DNA of 64,000 nucleotides. Origin: an uncultured Spirochaetaceae bacterium (GTDB lineage Bacteria > Spirochaetota > Spirochaetia > SZUA-6 > DRHE01). This document shows, in pieces, positions 42,553-52,398 of the stretch (the stretch's first letter is position 1; each line of letters opens with the position of its first letter). Below the pieces are notes generated by a model. That model searched no databases and was not told the origin of the DNA. It saw nothing but the letters and a program-made list of their open reading frames with translations. The stretch spans positions 28,748 through 92,747 of the forward strand of contig CAYMGP010000001.1 in assembly GCA_964390045.1 (NCBI GenBank), in the 5' to 3' direction. Made by a program: the position numbers and the translations under genes.

Positions 42553-44923
42553 CAGCAAGAACAACCTCACCCACGTGGGCCGCTCCCTGACAAAAATCGA
42601 CGCCTTGGCCCTGGCCACGGGGCAGGAACGGTTCGTCGCCGATTTTCCATTGAAGGATCCGCTGCACTGCGCTCTGCTGTATTCCCCGCACGCCCATGCC
42701 GAGATTACCTCGATTGTCACGGAGGAAGCCCTCGCGCTTCCCGGGGTGGTAGACATCTTGAGCTATCAAAACGTGCCCCGGGTCCTGCACACCTCTGCAG
42801 GCCAGGGATATCCCGAGCCCTCTCCCTACGACGAGGTGCTCTTCGACAACAGGGTGCGCTTCGTGGGAGACCGGGTCGCCCTGGTCGCGGCCGAATCGAT
42901 GGAGGCCGCGCAGGATGCTCTGCAGAAGATTCGGGTAGAGTACCGTGTTCTGGAGCCTATATTTGACATCCGCCAATCCACGGCAGAAGACTCGCCACGC
43001 CTTCACGGCGGGAAAGACCACGCCAAGATTCCCGTAACTTACGAGCCGGAGCGCAATCTTACCGCCGAGGTGCAGATCGGCTTCGGAGACATGGACAAGG
43101 GATTTTCAGAAGCCGCCCTCGTCGAGGAGCAGGACTACAGTCTGCCCGCCGCATCGCACTGTGCTATGGAGCCCCACGCCGCCTTGGCCTATATCGACGA
43201 ACGGGGGCGGTTGGTCATCGTCTCCACCACCCAGGTGCCTTTCCACGCCCGCCGTATCGTGGGCCAGCAGCTCGATCTTCCCGTACACAGAATCCGGGTG
43301 ATCAAACCTAGAATCGGAGGAGGGTTCGGCGGTAAACAGGAGGTGATCCTTGAGCCCCTCGTGGCCTGGGTTGCCTGGCGAAATCAGCGAGCCGCCCGCC
43401 TGGTGCTCTCTCGAAAAGAGGTGTTCATGGCCACCCGCACCCGGCACGCAGCTCATCTGCACATGAAAACCGCTGCCGCGGCGGACGGCGGAATCACAGC
43501 CATACAGATGGACTGCCTTTTGAACGCCGGAGCCTACGGAACCCACTCCCTCACAGTGCTTTCCAACGTGGGATCCAAGGTCCTGCCTCTTTTCAACAAA
43601 GTCGAAAACATTCGCTTCCACGGCCGTTCGGTGTACACAAACCTTCCCGTTTCCGGGGCCTATCGCGGCTACGGCGCCACCCAGGGCTACTTCGCCTTCA
43701 ACCAGCAGATCGACGCCCTGACCCGGCGCTGCGGACAGGACATGGTGGAGTTCTGCAAGCGCTGGCACATCCGGGCCGGAGAAACCTCGGGCGTGTTCGA
43801 GGTTCTCGGCGAAGGCAAAGAGGGAGTCAGCCAGATCGTGGGCTCCTGCCGGCTCAGCGAGTGTCTCGACCGCGGCGCCGAGGCGATCGGGTGGAAAGAG
43901 AAACGGGACAAACGAATCCGGGTAGGAAGCAAGGTCAGGGGTGTAGGAGCGGCAGTGGCCATGCAGGGATCCGGAATCCCGCTCGTCGACATGGGCGCCG
44001 CCTCCATGAAGATGAACGAAGATGGTTCCTTCAACCTACTTGTGGGAGCCACAGACCTCGGCACCGGTTCGGACACGATTCTGGCGCAGATCGCCGCCGA
44101 GGTGCTCAAGGTCCCCTTGCAGATGATCGTTGTCCTGTCCTCGGACACAGACACCACGCCCTTCGACGTTGGAGCCTACGCCTCCTCCACTACCTATGTC
44201 TCCGGCCAAGCCGTCGAGTCCTGCGCCCGCCGCATTGCGAAAAAGATACTAAACGATGCCGCCGAGCTGCTGGATACACGGGTAGAGGATCTTGTGCTCG
44301 AGGCTGAGACGGTGCGGGATAAGAAAAGAAAGAAAAGCATCTCCCTGGCCGAGATCGCCACCACTGCCCTGTACAACCGGGACCAGCACCAGATACAGGC
44401 TCAGGCTTCGTTTGTCTGCCAGCAGTCCCCTCCGCCCTTTATCGCCCAGTTCGCCGAAGTAGAGGTGGACACCGAAACGGGGCGGATCGAGGTGCTGCGC
44501 TTTGTCAGTGCAGCCGACTGCGGCCGGGCGATCAATCCCCAACTCGCCGAAGGGCAGATCGAAGGAGCGGCTATCAACGGCATCAGCTACGCCCTGTGGG
44601 AGGAGTACATCTACGATTCCAGCGGCAGGATGACCAATCCGCGCTTCTGGGATTACAAAATCTTCACGGCCCGGGACATCCCTGAGATCGAAACGATCCT
44701 GATCGAGTCTGAGGAGCCTTCCGGTCCCTTCGGGGCCAAGTCCGTCGGAGAGGTGGCGATTAACGGTCCGGCCCCGGCCATCGCCAATGCCGTGTACGAC
44801 GCCGTTGGTGTGCGCATCCGGGATCTGCCCATCACTCCTGAAAAGGTCTGGCGGGCGCTGCAGCCTGGCGGCGAATCGGCGACAGCCGGCCCGGCGTCTG
44901 AGTCCGGCGGGGCTGCTTCGTGA
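42545..44923 (+). CDS. molybdopterin-dependent hydroxylase large subunit (xanthine dehydrogenase/aldehyde oxidase family)
   Basis: 792 aa. Ald_Xan_dh_C and C2 domains, with the XDH-type GAYRGYGATQG motif. This is not the AYRCSFR loop of CO dehydrogenase. Confidence 0.85.
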   Translation: MADSKNNLTHVGRSLTKIDALALATGQERFVADFPLKDPLHCALLYSPHAHAEITSIVTEEALALPGVVDILSYQNVPRVLHTSAGQGYPEPSPYDEVLFDNRVRFVGDRVALVAAESMEAAQDALQKIRVEYRVLEPIFDIRQSTAEDSPRLHGGKDHAKIPVTYEPERNLTAEVQIGFGDMDKGFSEAALVEEQDYSLPAASHCAMEPHAALAYIDERGRLVIVSTTQVPFHARRIVGQQLDLPVHRIRVIKPRIGGGFGGKQEVILEPLVAWVAWRNQRAARLVLSRKEVFMATRTRHAAHLHMKTAAAADGGITAIQMDCLLNAGAYGTHSLTVLSNVGSKVLPLFNKVENIRFHGRSVYTNLPVSGAYRGYGATQGYFAFNQQIDALTRRCGQDMVEFCKRWHIRAGETSGVFEVLGEGKEGVSQIVGSCRLSECLDRGAEAIGWKEKRDKRIRVGSKVRGVGAAVAMQGSGIPLVDMGAASMKMNEDGSFNLLVGATDLGTGSDTILAQIAAEVLKVPLQMIVVLSSDTDTTPFDVGAYASSTTYVSGQAVESCARRIAKKILNDAAELLDTRVEDLVLEAETVRDKKRKKSISLAEIATTALYNRDQHQIQAQASFVCQQSPPPFIAQFAEVEVDTETGRIEVLRFVSAADCGRAINPQLAEGQIEGAAINGISYALWEEYIYDSSGRMTNPRFWDYKIFTARDIPEIETILIESEEPSGPFGAKSVGEVAINGPAPAIANAVYDAVGVRIRDLPITPEKVWRALQPGGESATAGPASESGGAAS

Positions 44924-46299
44924 TCCTGCTCAAAGACTGCTACGCCCTCTACCCCGACCCGGGCGATCCGGCCGCTCAGGCCCTGAAAGGGGTGGATGTC
45001 CTGATCGAGGGCAACCGAATCGGCAGAGTTGCAGCGAACATCGTGCCTAAGGCTGCCCGGGGAAGCGACCCTGTCCGCACCATCGACGCCTCGCGCTGCG
45101 TGGTGATCCCCGGTTTCGTCAACACGCATCACCACTTCTATCAGATCCTGACCCGCAACCTGCCCGCTGTGCAGAACGCCAAGCTTTTTCAGTGGCTCAA
45201 GGTCCTCTACGAAGTCTGGAAGCACATCGATGAGGAAGCGGTGATGGTTTCCTCCCAGGCCGCCATGGGAGAGCTGGCCAAGACGGGCTGCACCTGCACA
45301 ACGGATCATCACTACCTCTATCCCAGCGGCTTCTCGACAGACCTGACGGGCATCCAGTTCGAGGCCGCTGAAGCGGTGGGTATGCGCTTCTCACCCATGA
45401 GGGGCTCGATGTCCTTGAGCAAGAAAGACGGCGGGCTGCCTCCCGATTCCGTGGTGCAGAGCGAGAAGCAGATCCTGGAGGACAGCTGCAGGGTGATCGA
45501 GAAATATCACGACCCGGAGCCGCTGGCCATGAAAAAGGTGGGTTTGGCCCCCTGCAGTCCTTTCTCGGTGACAGAAGAGCTGATGAGGGACACGGCCCGG
45601 CTGGCACGTTCCCACGGAGTACGCCTGCACACTCACCTTGCCGAGACCCGTGACGAGGACGATTACTGCCTGCGCAAGCACGGCAAGCGACCCCTCGCAC
45701 TGATGGAGGAGTGGGAGTTCGTGGGCGAGGACGTCTCTTTCGCTCACGGGGTCTTTTTTACAGACGAGGAGCTCGCGGTATTGCGACAGTCGGGAACCTC
45801 AATTTGTCACTGCCCCTCCTCGAATATGCGACTGGGAAGCGGCATTGCCCGGATCAAGGAGCTGCTGGAAAGGGGCATCACCGTATCCCTGGCCGTAGAC
45901 GGTTCGGCCTCCAACGATACCTCGGACTTTCTCGGCGAGATGCGCCAGGCCCTGCTCCTGCAGAGGGTTCGCTACGGGGCCGATGCCCTGACAGCCGCCC
46001 AGGTCTTCTCGCTGGCGATCCACGGTGGAGCCAGGGTACTGAACTTTGAAAAGACAGGCAAAATCGAGCAGGGCTGGGCGGCCGACCTGGCGCTGTTCGA
46101 CATCCACGGACTGGAGTATGCCGGCTCTCTGTCCGATCCCCTCGCTGCACTGCTGTTCGCCGGAATCAGCCACCGGGCCGCCTATACGATCACAAACGGT
46201 AGAATCGTCGTGGAACAGGGACGCCTTACGGGCGTGGACGAGGACAAGCTGGCAGAAACAGCCAACCGCATCGCAGCCCGGATTCGGTCCAAGATCTAA
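44920..46299 (+). CDS. amidohydrolase-family deaminase/chlorohydrolase (guanine/8-oxoguanine deaminase, SsnA/Atz-like)
   Basis: 459 aa. Metal-binding PGFVNTHHHFYQ and HTHLAET motifs. Start overlaps the XDH large-subunit stop by 4 bp. Confidence 0.8.
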   Translation: MILLKDCYALYPDPGDPAAQALKGVDVLIEGNRIGRVAANIVPKAARGSDPVRTIDASRCVVIPGFVNTHHHFYQILTRNLPAVQNAKLFQWLKVLYEVWKHIDEEAVMVSSQAAMGELAKTGCTCTTDHHYLYPSGFSTDLTGIQFEAAEAVGMRFSPMRGSMSLSKKDGGLPPDSVVQSEKQILEDSCRVIEKYHDPEPLAMKKVGLAPCSPFSVTEELMRDTARLARSHGVRLHTHLAETRDEDDYCLRKHGKRPLALMEEWEFVGEDVSFAHGVFFTDEELAVLRQSGTSICHCPSSNMRLGSGIARIKELLERGITVSLAVDGSASNDTSDFLGEMRQALLLQRVRYGADALTAAQVFSLAIHGGARVLNFEKTGKIEQGWAADLALFDIHGLEYAGSLSDPLAALLFAGISHRAAYTITNGRIVVEQGRLTGVDEDKLAETANRIAARIRSKI

Positions 46300-46312
46300 C
46301 TGTAGACAATCC

Positions 46313-47224
46313 ATGCCCAATCCGTCGATATCGAAACGACCACAGCCGGTAACAATCTCGGGCGAACTGCCCATGCTCCTCTCGGTGCTCGGCCTGACTG
46401 TGATGCAGGTTCTGGTTCGCTACCTCGGTCCCGCAGTCAGCTCCTGGACGAAAACCTTCTACCGCAGCATCTTCACCCTCGTGTTCGTTTTTGCCTGGAT
46501 GCTTCTGAAAAAGAAAAAGTTCCGCTTCAACAACTGGCCTCTCCTGCTGCTGCGCGGGATCGCCGGAGCCGCGACCATCACCTTCTTTTTCTGGACAATC
46601 GACCTGATCGGCCTGCTTCACGGCACCCTGTACACCTACGTCCACCCCGTCTTCGCCATACTGTTCGCCGTTGTTCTATTCAGGGAACGCTTCTCCTGGT
46701 GGATCCTGCTGCCGCTCGCTGCAGCCATGACAGGATTGTACCTGATCGTGAATCCCACCTTCGAGGGCCTGCGCTTCGGGGACGGAGTCGGTCTGGCTGC
46801 CGCTGTGCTCGGCGGTCTGGCCAGAGCGGCTCTGCGGGAGCTGAGAAAAAGTGACAGTCCCGGAAACATCGTGCTCGTGTTCATGGGCTGCGGCGCTTTG
46901 TTGTCTGGAATCGGTGTCGCCCTGCTCCCGGGACAGAGTTGGAGATTCGTCGTTTCGCCGCCGTTGACTCTGCCCTCGATCTGGCTGCTTCTTGCCGCTA
47001 TAGGGCTTTTCTCCGCCCTCTCCCATGTCCTGGTCACGATAGCCTTCCGCAGCCTTTCCACCGCAGTGGCCTCGATTATGGCCATGATGATCCTGCCGCT
47101 CACCGCCTTGGTCGCCGTTTTTTACTTTCGCGAATCTGTCACCGCCGGGAAGATCATGGGAGGGCTGCTGATCATGGCCGCCGGGAGCGGTATCGCTTTG
47201 CTCGAGCGCCGGCCTCAGCAGTAG
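46313..47224 (+). CDS. DMT-superfamily (EamA-like) transporter
   Basis: The ORF track extends to 46046 and overlaps the amidohydrolase gene. The plausible starts are ATG 46313 or ATG 46373 (MLLSVLGLTVMQVLVRYLG). Ten hydrophobic helices arranged as two EamA repeats. Confidence 0.65.
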   Translation: MPNPSISKRPQPVTISGELPMLLSVLGLTVMQVLVRYLGPAVSSWTKTFYRSIFTLVFVFAWMLLKKKKFRFNNWPLLLLRGIAGAATITFFFWTIDLIGLLHGTLYTYVHPVFAILFAVVLFRERFSWWILLPLAAAMTGLYLIVNPTFEGLRFGDGVGLAAAVLGGLARAALRELRKSDSPGNIVLVFMGCGALLSGIGVALLPGQSWRFVVSPPLTLPSIWLLLAAIGLFSALSHVLVTIAFRSLSTAVASIMAMMILPLTALVAVFYFRESVTAGKIMGGLLIMAAGSGIALLERRPQQ

Positions 47225-47796
47225 CTTTCCAGAACCAAATCCTCCAGCCTCAGCTTGGGAACGTGGTGTACTTTGTCCTCTGTTCTGTAGTAGGTAAGCG
47301 AAGTACCGACAGCTACATCTTCCAGCTCCACCTGCTCGGCAGGCTTTCCCAGGGCGATCACGAGCAAGATCTCCAATTCATCGTTCAGATCCAGGATGCG
47401 GGCGAGTTGTTCCTTGCGGATATTTCCCAGCATGCAGCCGCCTAGTCCCAGAGCACTGGCAGCCAAGAGAATCGTCTGTGCCGCGATGCCTAGATCGACC
47501 CGCAGCCAATCCCAGCTGGTTTTTTCCCCCGTGATTACTATGTATCCTGTGGGTCGTTCTCCCGCTTCCGGTCCGGGCCAGTCGGGCAGAGAGGCAGCCC
47601 AGGCCACCGTCTCGAAAATTTTATCGTTGTACTCCGGGGAGCCGCTGACCACATAGCGCAGCAGCTGACGGTTTCCAGCCGAAGGGGTGTTCCGGGCCAG
47701 GTCCACCAGGTCGAGCAGGGTCTGTTTCGATAGATTGTGACGGCCGTCGAATCGCCGGTAGGATCGGTTGTTAAGCACGATTTCCCTGTAGTCCAT
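47215..47796 (-). CDS. nitroreductase-family protein
   Basis: 193 aa. Motif RSYRRFDGRHNLSKQTLLDLVDLARNTPSAGNRQ. Confidence 0.8.
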   Translation of the reverse strand: MDYREIVLNNRSYRRFDGRHNLSKQTLLDLVDLARNTPSAGNRQLLRYVVSGSPEYNDKIFETVAWAASLPDWPGPEAGERPTGYIVITGEKTSWDWLRVDLGIAAQTILLAASALGLGGCMLGNIRKEQLARILDLNDELEILLVIALGKPAEQVELEDVAVGTSLTYYRTEDKVHHVPKLRLEDLVLESYC

Positions 47797-47938
47797 TTCA
47801 TCCTCCGCTGTCTTAGAAGTTCTGCTGTATCATTTCACCTATTACCGCGGTATGCAACACTTTCCCGCGTTCGTTCTCGCGAGCCGATCGTGCAACGATC
47901 GTGTTGAGTCTCTAGGAAATCCAGGCTATGGTGGGATA

Positions 47939-48421
47939 ATGCGCCACCGTCTAACCTTGACTTCCAATCCGCGACTGATCCTTCTGATTCTGATCCTCGT
48001 TGTACTTCCCGCAGCAGGAGTGCTGCTCTTGATTTTTGCGGGGATTGTCATAGGAATCATCGCCCTTGCCGCTGCCGGATATCTGGACTATTTGATGCTG
48101 CGCTTTTTTCGCAATCACTTGAAAAGCTGGGTTGAAACGTCGGACAGCGAGCTCACATGCAAGATGCCCGATGGAGATCTGCTCACTTTCCCGTGGGAGA
48201 AGATAACTGTGGCCGGCTGTTGCACCCCCGCCAAGGGCCGGCCGTTCCTCTTCGTATACAGAGACGAGGGGGACAAACTGGTCACGATTCCCAACGAGTA
48301 CACAGACTTCGACATGCTACAAGATCAAATCAGCAGGCGTAGACCGTTTCGTGAAATCTCCCTCGTCCAAGGGGAGTCGATTCAGAAACGGCTCAAGCAA
48401 ATACTAAATATCGAAGAGTAG
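47939..48421 (+). CDS. hypothetical membrane protein
   Basis: Start taken at ATG 47939 (MRHRLTLTSNPRLILLILILVVLPAAGVLLLIFAGIVIGIIALAAAGYL). Two TM helices, then a soluble domain. No family recognised. Confidence 0.4.
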   Translation: MRHRLTLTSNPRLILLILILVVLPAAGVLLLIFAGIVIGIIALAAAGYLDYLMLRFFRNHLKSWVETSDSELTCKMPDGDLLTFPWEKITVAGCCTPAKGRPFLFVYRDEGDKLVTIPNEYTDFDMLQDQISRRRPFREISLVQGESIQKRLKQILNIEE

Positions 48422-48424
48422 GTA

Positions 48425-49804
48425 ATGGAAAAGTTCGAATATGTAGTCATCGGATCGGGCCAGGGCGGTACTCCCCTGGCTACGGCCCTGGCCCAGGCGG
48501 GAAGAAAAACAGCCCTGGTGGAGCGCACCCACGTGGGCGGAACCTGTGTCAACGAAGGCTGTACCCCGACCAAGACCATGGTGGCCGGCGCCCGGGTAGC
48601 GTACCTCAGCCGCAGGGGCAAGGACTACGGCGTGCTCAACGAGGGCTTGAAGATCGACATGGAAACGGTTCGACGCAGAAAGCGGGCGATCGTGGACAGC
48701 TTCCGTTCGGGCTCGGAAAAGCGCCTCGAGAACCAGGAAAACCTCACCTTGATTATGGGAAGCGCCCGCTTCACAGGCACGAAAACCCTGGAAATCACGG
48801 CTGCCGGCGGATCGATTCGGGAGATCGAGGGTCAAACCATAGTCATCGATACGGGGACCAGACCCGCGTTGCCGCAGATCGAAGGAATCGAAGACCTTCC
48901 CTACCTGGACTCCACCTCGATCATGGAGCTCGCCGAAGTACCGAAGCATCTGCTCGTCATCGGCGGAGGCTACATCGGTTTGGAGTTCGGCCAGATGTTA
49001 CGCCGTTACGGCTCCCGGGTCACCGTTGTGCACCGGGGCGCTCAACTTCTCAGCAGAGAGGATGAGGACATCGCCGCAGAGGTGCTCAAGATCCTGGAGG
49101 AAGACGGGATCGCGGTGCATCTTGAAAGCCGGCCTATCAAGGTTGAGAAACACGGCTCCGACATCACATTGCACATTCGGAAAGGGGACGGGATCGAAAA
49201 GCTGACGGGAAGCCACCTTCTCGTGGCGGCCGGGCGCACGCCCAACACGGACGCACTCAATCTGAAAGCAGCCGGAATCGAAACAGACTCGCGTGGCTTT
49301 ATTCGGGTGAATGAGAAGCTGGAAACCAGCGCGGAAGGGATCTATGCGATCGGAGACGTGAAAGGTGGGCCTGCATTTACTCACATCTCCTACGATGATT
49401 TTCGTCTCCTGAAAAACAACCTTCTCGAGAAAGGCGGCGCTACGACCGAATCACGGCTCGTTCCCTATACGGTCTTCATCGACCCGCAGCTCGGCCGGGT
49501 TGGCTTGAGCGAGAAGGAAGCCAAGCGAAAAGGAATAAACTACAAAGTCGCTTCCATGCCTATGAGTTGGGTGGCTCGGGCCCTCGAGGTCGATGAATCC
49601 CGCGGCATGATGAAGGTCCTGGTGAACCCGAAATCCCGCCAAATTCTCGGCTGCGCAGTGCTGGGAATAGAGGGTGGAGAGATCATGGCCATGATCCAGA
49701 TTGCCATGATGGGGAACCTTCCCTACACCGACCTGCAGGAGGGGGTATTCGCCCATCCTACCCTGGCCGAATCGCTCAACAACCTCTTCGCGCGGGTGGA
49801 TTGA
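48425..49804 (+). CDS. FAD-dependent pyridine nucleotide-disulfide oxidoreductase, class I (Lpd/MerA/RclA-like, no NmerA domain)
   Basis: 459 aa. GSGQGG FAD motif, redox-active disulfide [13 protein letters not shown], a second Rossmann motif ([12 protein letters not shown]) and a C-terminal dimerisation domain with HPTLAE. Confidence 0.8.
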   Translation: MEKFEYVVIGSGQGGTPLATALAQAGRKTALVERTHVGGTCVNEGCTPTKTMVAGARVAYLSRRGKDYGVLNEGLKIDMETVRRRKRAIVDSFRSGSEKRLENQENLTLIMGSARFTGTKTLEITAAGGSIREIEGQTIVIDTGTRPALPQIEGIEDLPYLDSTSIMELAEVPKHLLVIGGGYIGLEFGQMLRRYGSRVTVVHRGAQLLSREDEDIAAEVLKILEEDGIAVHLESRPIKVEKHGSDITLHIRKGDGIEKLTGSHLLVAAGRTPNTDALNLKAAGIETDSRGFIRVNEKLETSAEGIYAIGDVKGGPAFTHISYDDFRLLKNNLLEKGGATTESRLVPYTVFIDPQLGRVGLSEKEAKRKGINYKVASMPMSWVARALEVDESRGMMKVLVNPKSRQILGCAVLGIEGGEIMAMIQIAMMGNLPYTDLQEGVFAHPTLAESLNNLFARVD

Positions 49805-49828
49805 CAGGACAGGCAGCGCTCAGAGACT

Positions 49829-50803
49829 CTACTTTAGAACTTCAGGATTCAGCACGTTGGGGTGCCTCTTCCCGGCAAAAGTCTCAACAATGATTCTCGC
49901 GCAGATGCTGCCCATTCGCTCGAGAGACTCGTACGTGTAGGCCGCGATATGCGGCGTCGCCAGAACGTTGTCCAGGGTAAGCAGCGGATTGTCCTGAGGC
50001 GGCTCGGTAGAAAAGACATCCAGCGCCGCAGCGGCTATTCCTCTTTTCTTCAAGGTTTCATAAAGAGCCTCCTCGTCAACCAGCTCCCCCCTGGCTGCGT
50101 TGACCAGGAAGGACTCCGGCTTCATCAGAGACAGCTCCCGGGCTCCTATCATCTTTCGGGTCTGTTCGATCAGCGGGACGTGCAGCGTCACCAGATCGGA
50201 TCGTGAGAGCAGCTCGTCGAGAGGCACGTAGTGAACCCCGTACTCGGAGACCAACTCCTTCTGCTGCACCACATCGTATGCCAGGATCTGCGAGCCGAAC
50301 CCTGAAAGACGTTGTACAACGCTGGCACCTATACGTCCGGTACCTACAACACCCACGGTAAGGGCGCCCAACTCGTGTCCCACAAAGCGACTCCAGCCGC
50401 CTCTCTTGGTCGAGGCGCTGGCCGGGCAGACCCCGCGTAGAAGGTTGAGCATCAAGGTAACAGTCAGATCCGCCACCCCTTCTGTATTTGTTCCCGGGGC
50501 ATTGGCCACGGCAATCCCCAGGGACGTCGCCGCAGGAATGTCTATGTTATCGACGCCCACCCCGTGCTTCATGACCAGCCGCAGGTTTGCTGAGGCCTGC
50601 AGCACTCTCTTTCCAATCGGTTCCGCGCCGGAGAGGATCGCTCCGGGAGCTCGATCGCTTACCAGCCGGGCCATCTTCTCCTCAGTGAGTGGCCTGTCTT
50701 CCCGCGAAATAGTGAGAACCTCAAAGCCCTCGCTTTCTAGGATTTCCATTCCTGTCCGTGTAATAGTCCCAAAAGATCTAGAGCTTACCAGCACGCGTTT
50801 CAT
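49829..50803 (-). CDS. D-isomer-specific 2-hydroxyacid dehydrogenase family protein
   Basis: 324 aa (GVVGTGRIGASVVQRL, NAARGELVDEEAL). It is the last gene of the long minus-strand operon. Confidence 0.85.
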   Translation of the reverse strand: MKRVLVSSRSFGTITRTGMEILESEGFEVLTISREDRPLTEEKMARLVSDRAPGAILSGAEPIGKRVLQASANLRLVMKHGVGVDNIDIPAATSLGIAVANAPGTNTEGVADLTVTLMLNLLRGVCPASASTKRGGWSRFVGHELGALTVGVVGTGRIGASVVQRLSGFGSQILAYDVVQQKELVSEYGVHYVPLDELLSRSDLVTLHVPLIEQTRKMIGARELSLMKPESFLVNAARGELVDEEALYETLKKRGIAAAALDVFSTEPPQDNPLLTLDNVLATPHIAAYTYESLERMGSICARIIVETFAGKRHPNVLNPEVLK

Positions 50804-50818
50804 CGTTCGCTCCTATCC

Positions 50819-51613
50819 TCATCGGGCCTTCCATGGCCGCTCAACAATCATCGTGCCACCATCGATGGGCACAACCGCCCCTGTAATGAAAGATGACCTC
50901 GAGCTGCAGAGGAAAACAGCCAGTTCGGCGATCTCAGCGGGCTTTCCGAAACGCCCCAAAGAGATATGCCGTAGCTTTCGCTCGCCCCGGCTCTCTATCA
51001 GGTCCCGGGTCATCGGAGTATCAGTGACTCCTGGAGCATAGCAATTGACACGAATTCCGTAGGGAGCCACCTCGGCAGCCAGCACCCGGGTGAATATTTC
51101 CACACCACCCTTGGAAACACAATAGGCTGATAGACCGACATCGGGCATCCTGGCGCTCACAGAGCTGGTATTGAGTATTATCCCCCCGCCGGCCGCTCTC
51201 ATGTGCGGAATCACTGCCCGGCAGCAGAGAAAGGTTCCCGTAAGATTCACGGTGAGGATTTTGGACCAGGACTCCGGGTCGATCTCTTCTACCTTACCCC
51301 GGCCTACAACCCCGGCGCTGTTGATCAGGATATCGATGCGGCCGAACTCCCGCACGCACTCCTCCATTGCCCGTTCCACACTCTCCGGATCGACTACATC
51401 AAGAGAGCAGGCAACGGCACGCGGGCCCCCACTGACGTTCAGTTTCTGCGCGGTCTTACCGACGGCCTTCAGGTTCAGGTCGGCCAGCAGAACCATCGCC
51501 CCTTCTTCGTGCAGTTTGACCGCTATTCCCTGTCCGATACCCTGAGCCGCTCCGGTTACCACCGCCACTTTTCCCTCGAGCACCCCTCCCTTTATTGGGT
51601 CTCCGGTTACCAT
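50819..51613 (-). CDS. SDR-family oxidoreductase
   Basis: 264 aa (VTGAAQGIGQGIA, YCVSKGG). Confidence 0.85.
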   Translation of the reverse strand: MVTGDPIKGGVLEGKVAVVTGAAQGIGQGIAVKLHEEGAMVLLADLNLKAVGKTAQKLNVSGGPRAVACSLDVVDPESVERAMEECVREFGRIDILINSAGVVGRGKVEEIDPESWSKILTVNLTGTFLCCRAVIPHMRAAGGGIILNTSSVSARMPDVGLSAYCVSKGGVEIFTRVLAAEVAPYGIRVNCYAPGVTDTPMTRDLIESRGERKLRHISLGRFGKPAEIAELAVFLCSSRSSFITGAVVPIDGGTMIVERPWKAR

Positions 51614-52398
51614 ACCGAATATCCGCCGTCGATGATGATGTCCTGTCCCGTGAGGAAACGCGAGCTCTCAGAACTCAGGTACACGAGCAGCCCGTCCAGG
51701 TCCTCCGGAGATCCCAGACGGCCCAGTGGAACGGAATCGATGATCTGCCTGTAGGTCTGTTCTTCCGAAATTGCTTTCTCAGTAAGAGGGGTGCGCATGA
51801 TCCCCGGGCTAACGCAGTTGACGGTGATGTTATAGGGAGCCAACTCCACGGCCAGTCGCTTGGACATGCCCAATACACCTGCTTTGGAAGCCGAATAGTT
51901 GTAGCCTCCGTCGAAGCGTCGCGGCCGCGGTGCGTGCAGTGCGGCGATCGAGGCGATATTTATGATTCGGCCCCAACGGTTTGCCAGCATTTGCCGGGCC
52001 GCCGCCTGACAGCAGAGAAAAGTTCCTGTAAGATTGACATTCAACACCTGGTTCCAGTACTTGAGCTCCATCTCCTCGATCCAGCGGGCTGCCGAAATCC
52101 CCGCACTGCAGACCAGGATGTCCACCTTGGCGCTCTGCTCCGCCATTTCCTCAAAGGCACGTCGTACGGAGATGGGGTCGGTGACATCCACATATACAGA
52201 CCGTGCCCTGTCTCCGCGAGCCGTGACCTCCTCGGCCGCCTGCCGGGCTCGCTCCTCATCGAGATCCGCGAAGTAGACCTCGGCCCCGAAACAGGCCAGA
52301 ACCTGTCCGATCCTTCGACCCAGACCGGAGGCTCCACCTGTCACTACCGCGGTTCTGTCTTGCAGCCCAAAGGTCTTCATGATGATTTCGGTGCTCAT
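51607..52398 (-). CDS. SDR-family oxidoreductase (gluconate 5-dehydrogenase-like)
   Basis: 263 aa (VTGGASGLGRRIG, YSASKAG). Overlaps both neighbours by 4-7 bp. Confidence 0.85.
   Translation of the reverse strand: MSTEIIMKTFGLQDRTAVVTGGASGLGRRIGQVLACFGAEVYFADLDEERARQAAEEVTARGDRARSVYVDVTDPISVRRAFEEMAEQSAKVDILVCSAGISAARWIEEMELKYWNQVLNVNLTGTFLCCQAAARQMLANRWGRIINIASIAALHAPRPRRFDGGYNYSASKAGVLGMSKRLAVELAPYNITVNCVSPGIMRTPLTEKAISEEQTYRQIIDSVPLGRLGSPEDLDGLLVYLSSESSRFLTGQDIIIDGGYSVW

Noticed and set aside
42085-44923. Possibility that the CoxM-CoxS-CoxL-order genes encode aerobic CO dehydrogenase
   Set aside because: The large subunit has the GAYRGYGATQG xanthine-dehydrogenase-type motif, not the AYRCSFR (form I) or AYRGAGR (form II) active-site loop. 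The organism's gene content is anaerobic.
46046-46312. 5' extension of the 392-aa ORF (46046-47224) preceding the EamA transporter
   Set aside because: It overlaps the amidohydrolase C-terminus. It encodes a low-complexity Pro/Ser/Arg-rich sequence typical of out-of-frame GC-rich DNA. The membrane domains start after ATG 46313/46373.
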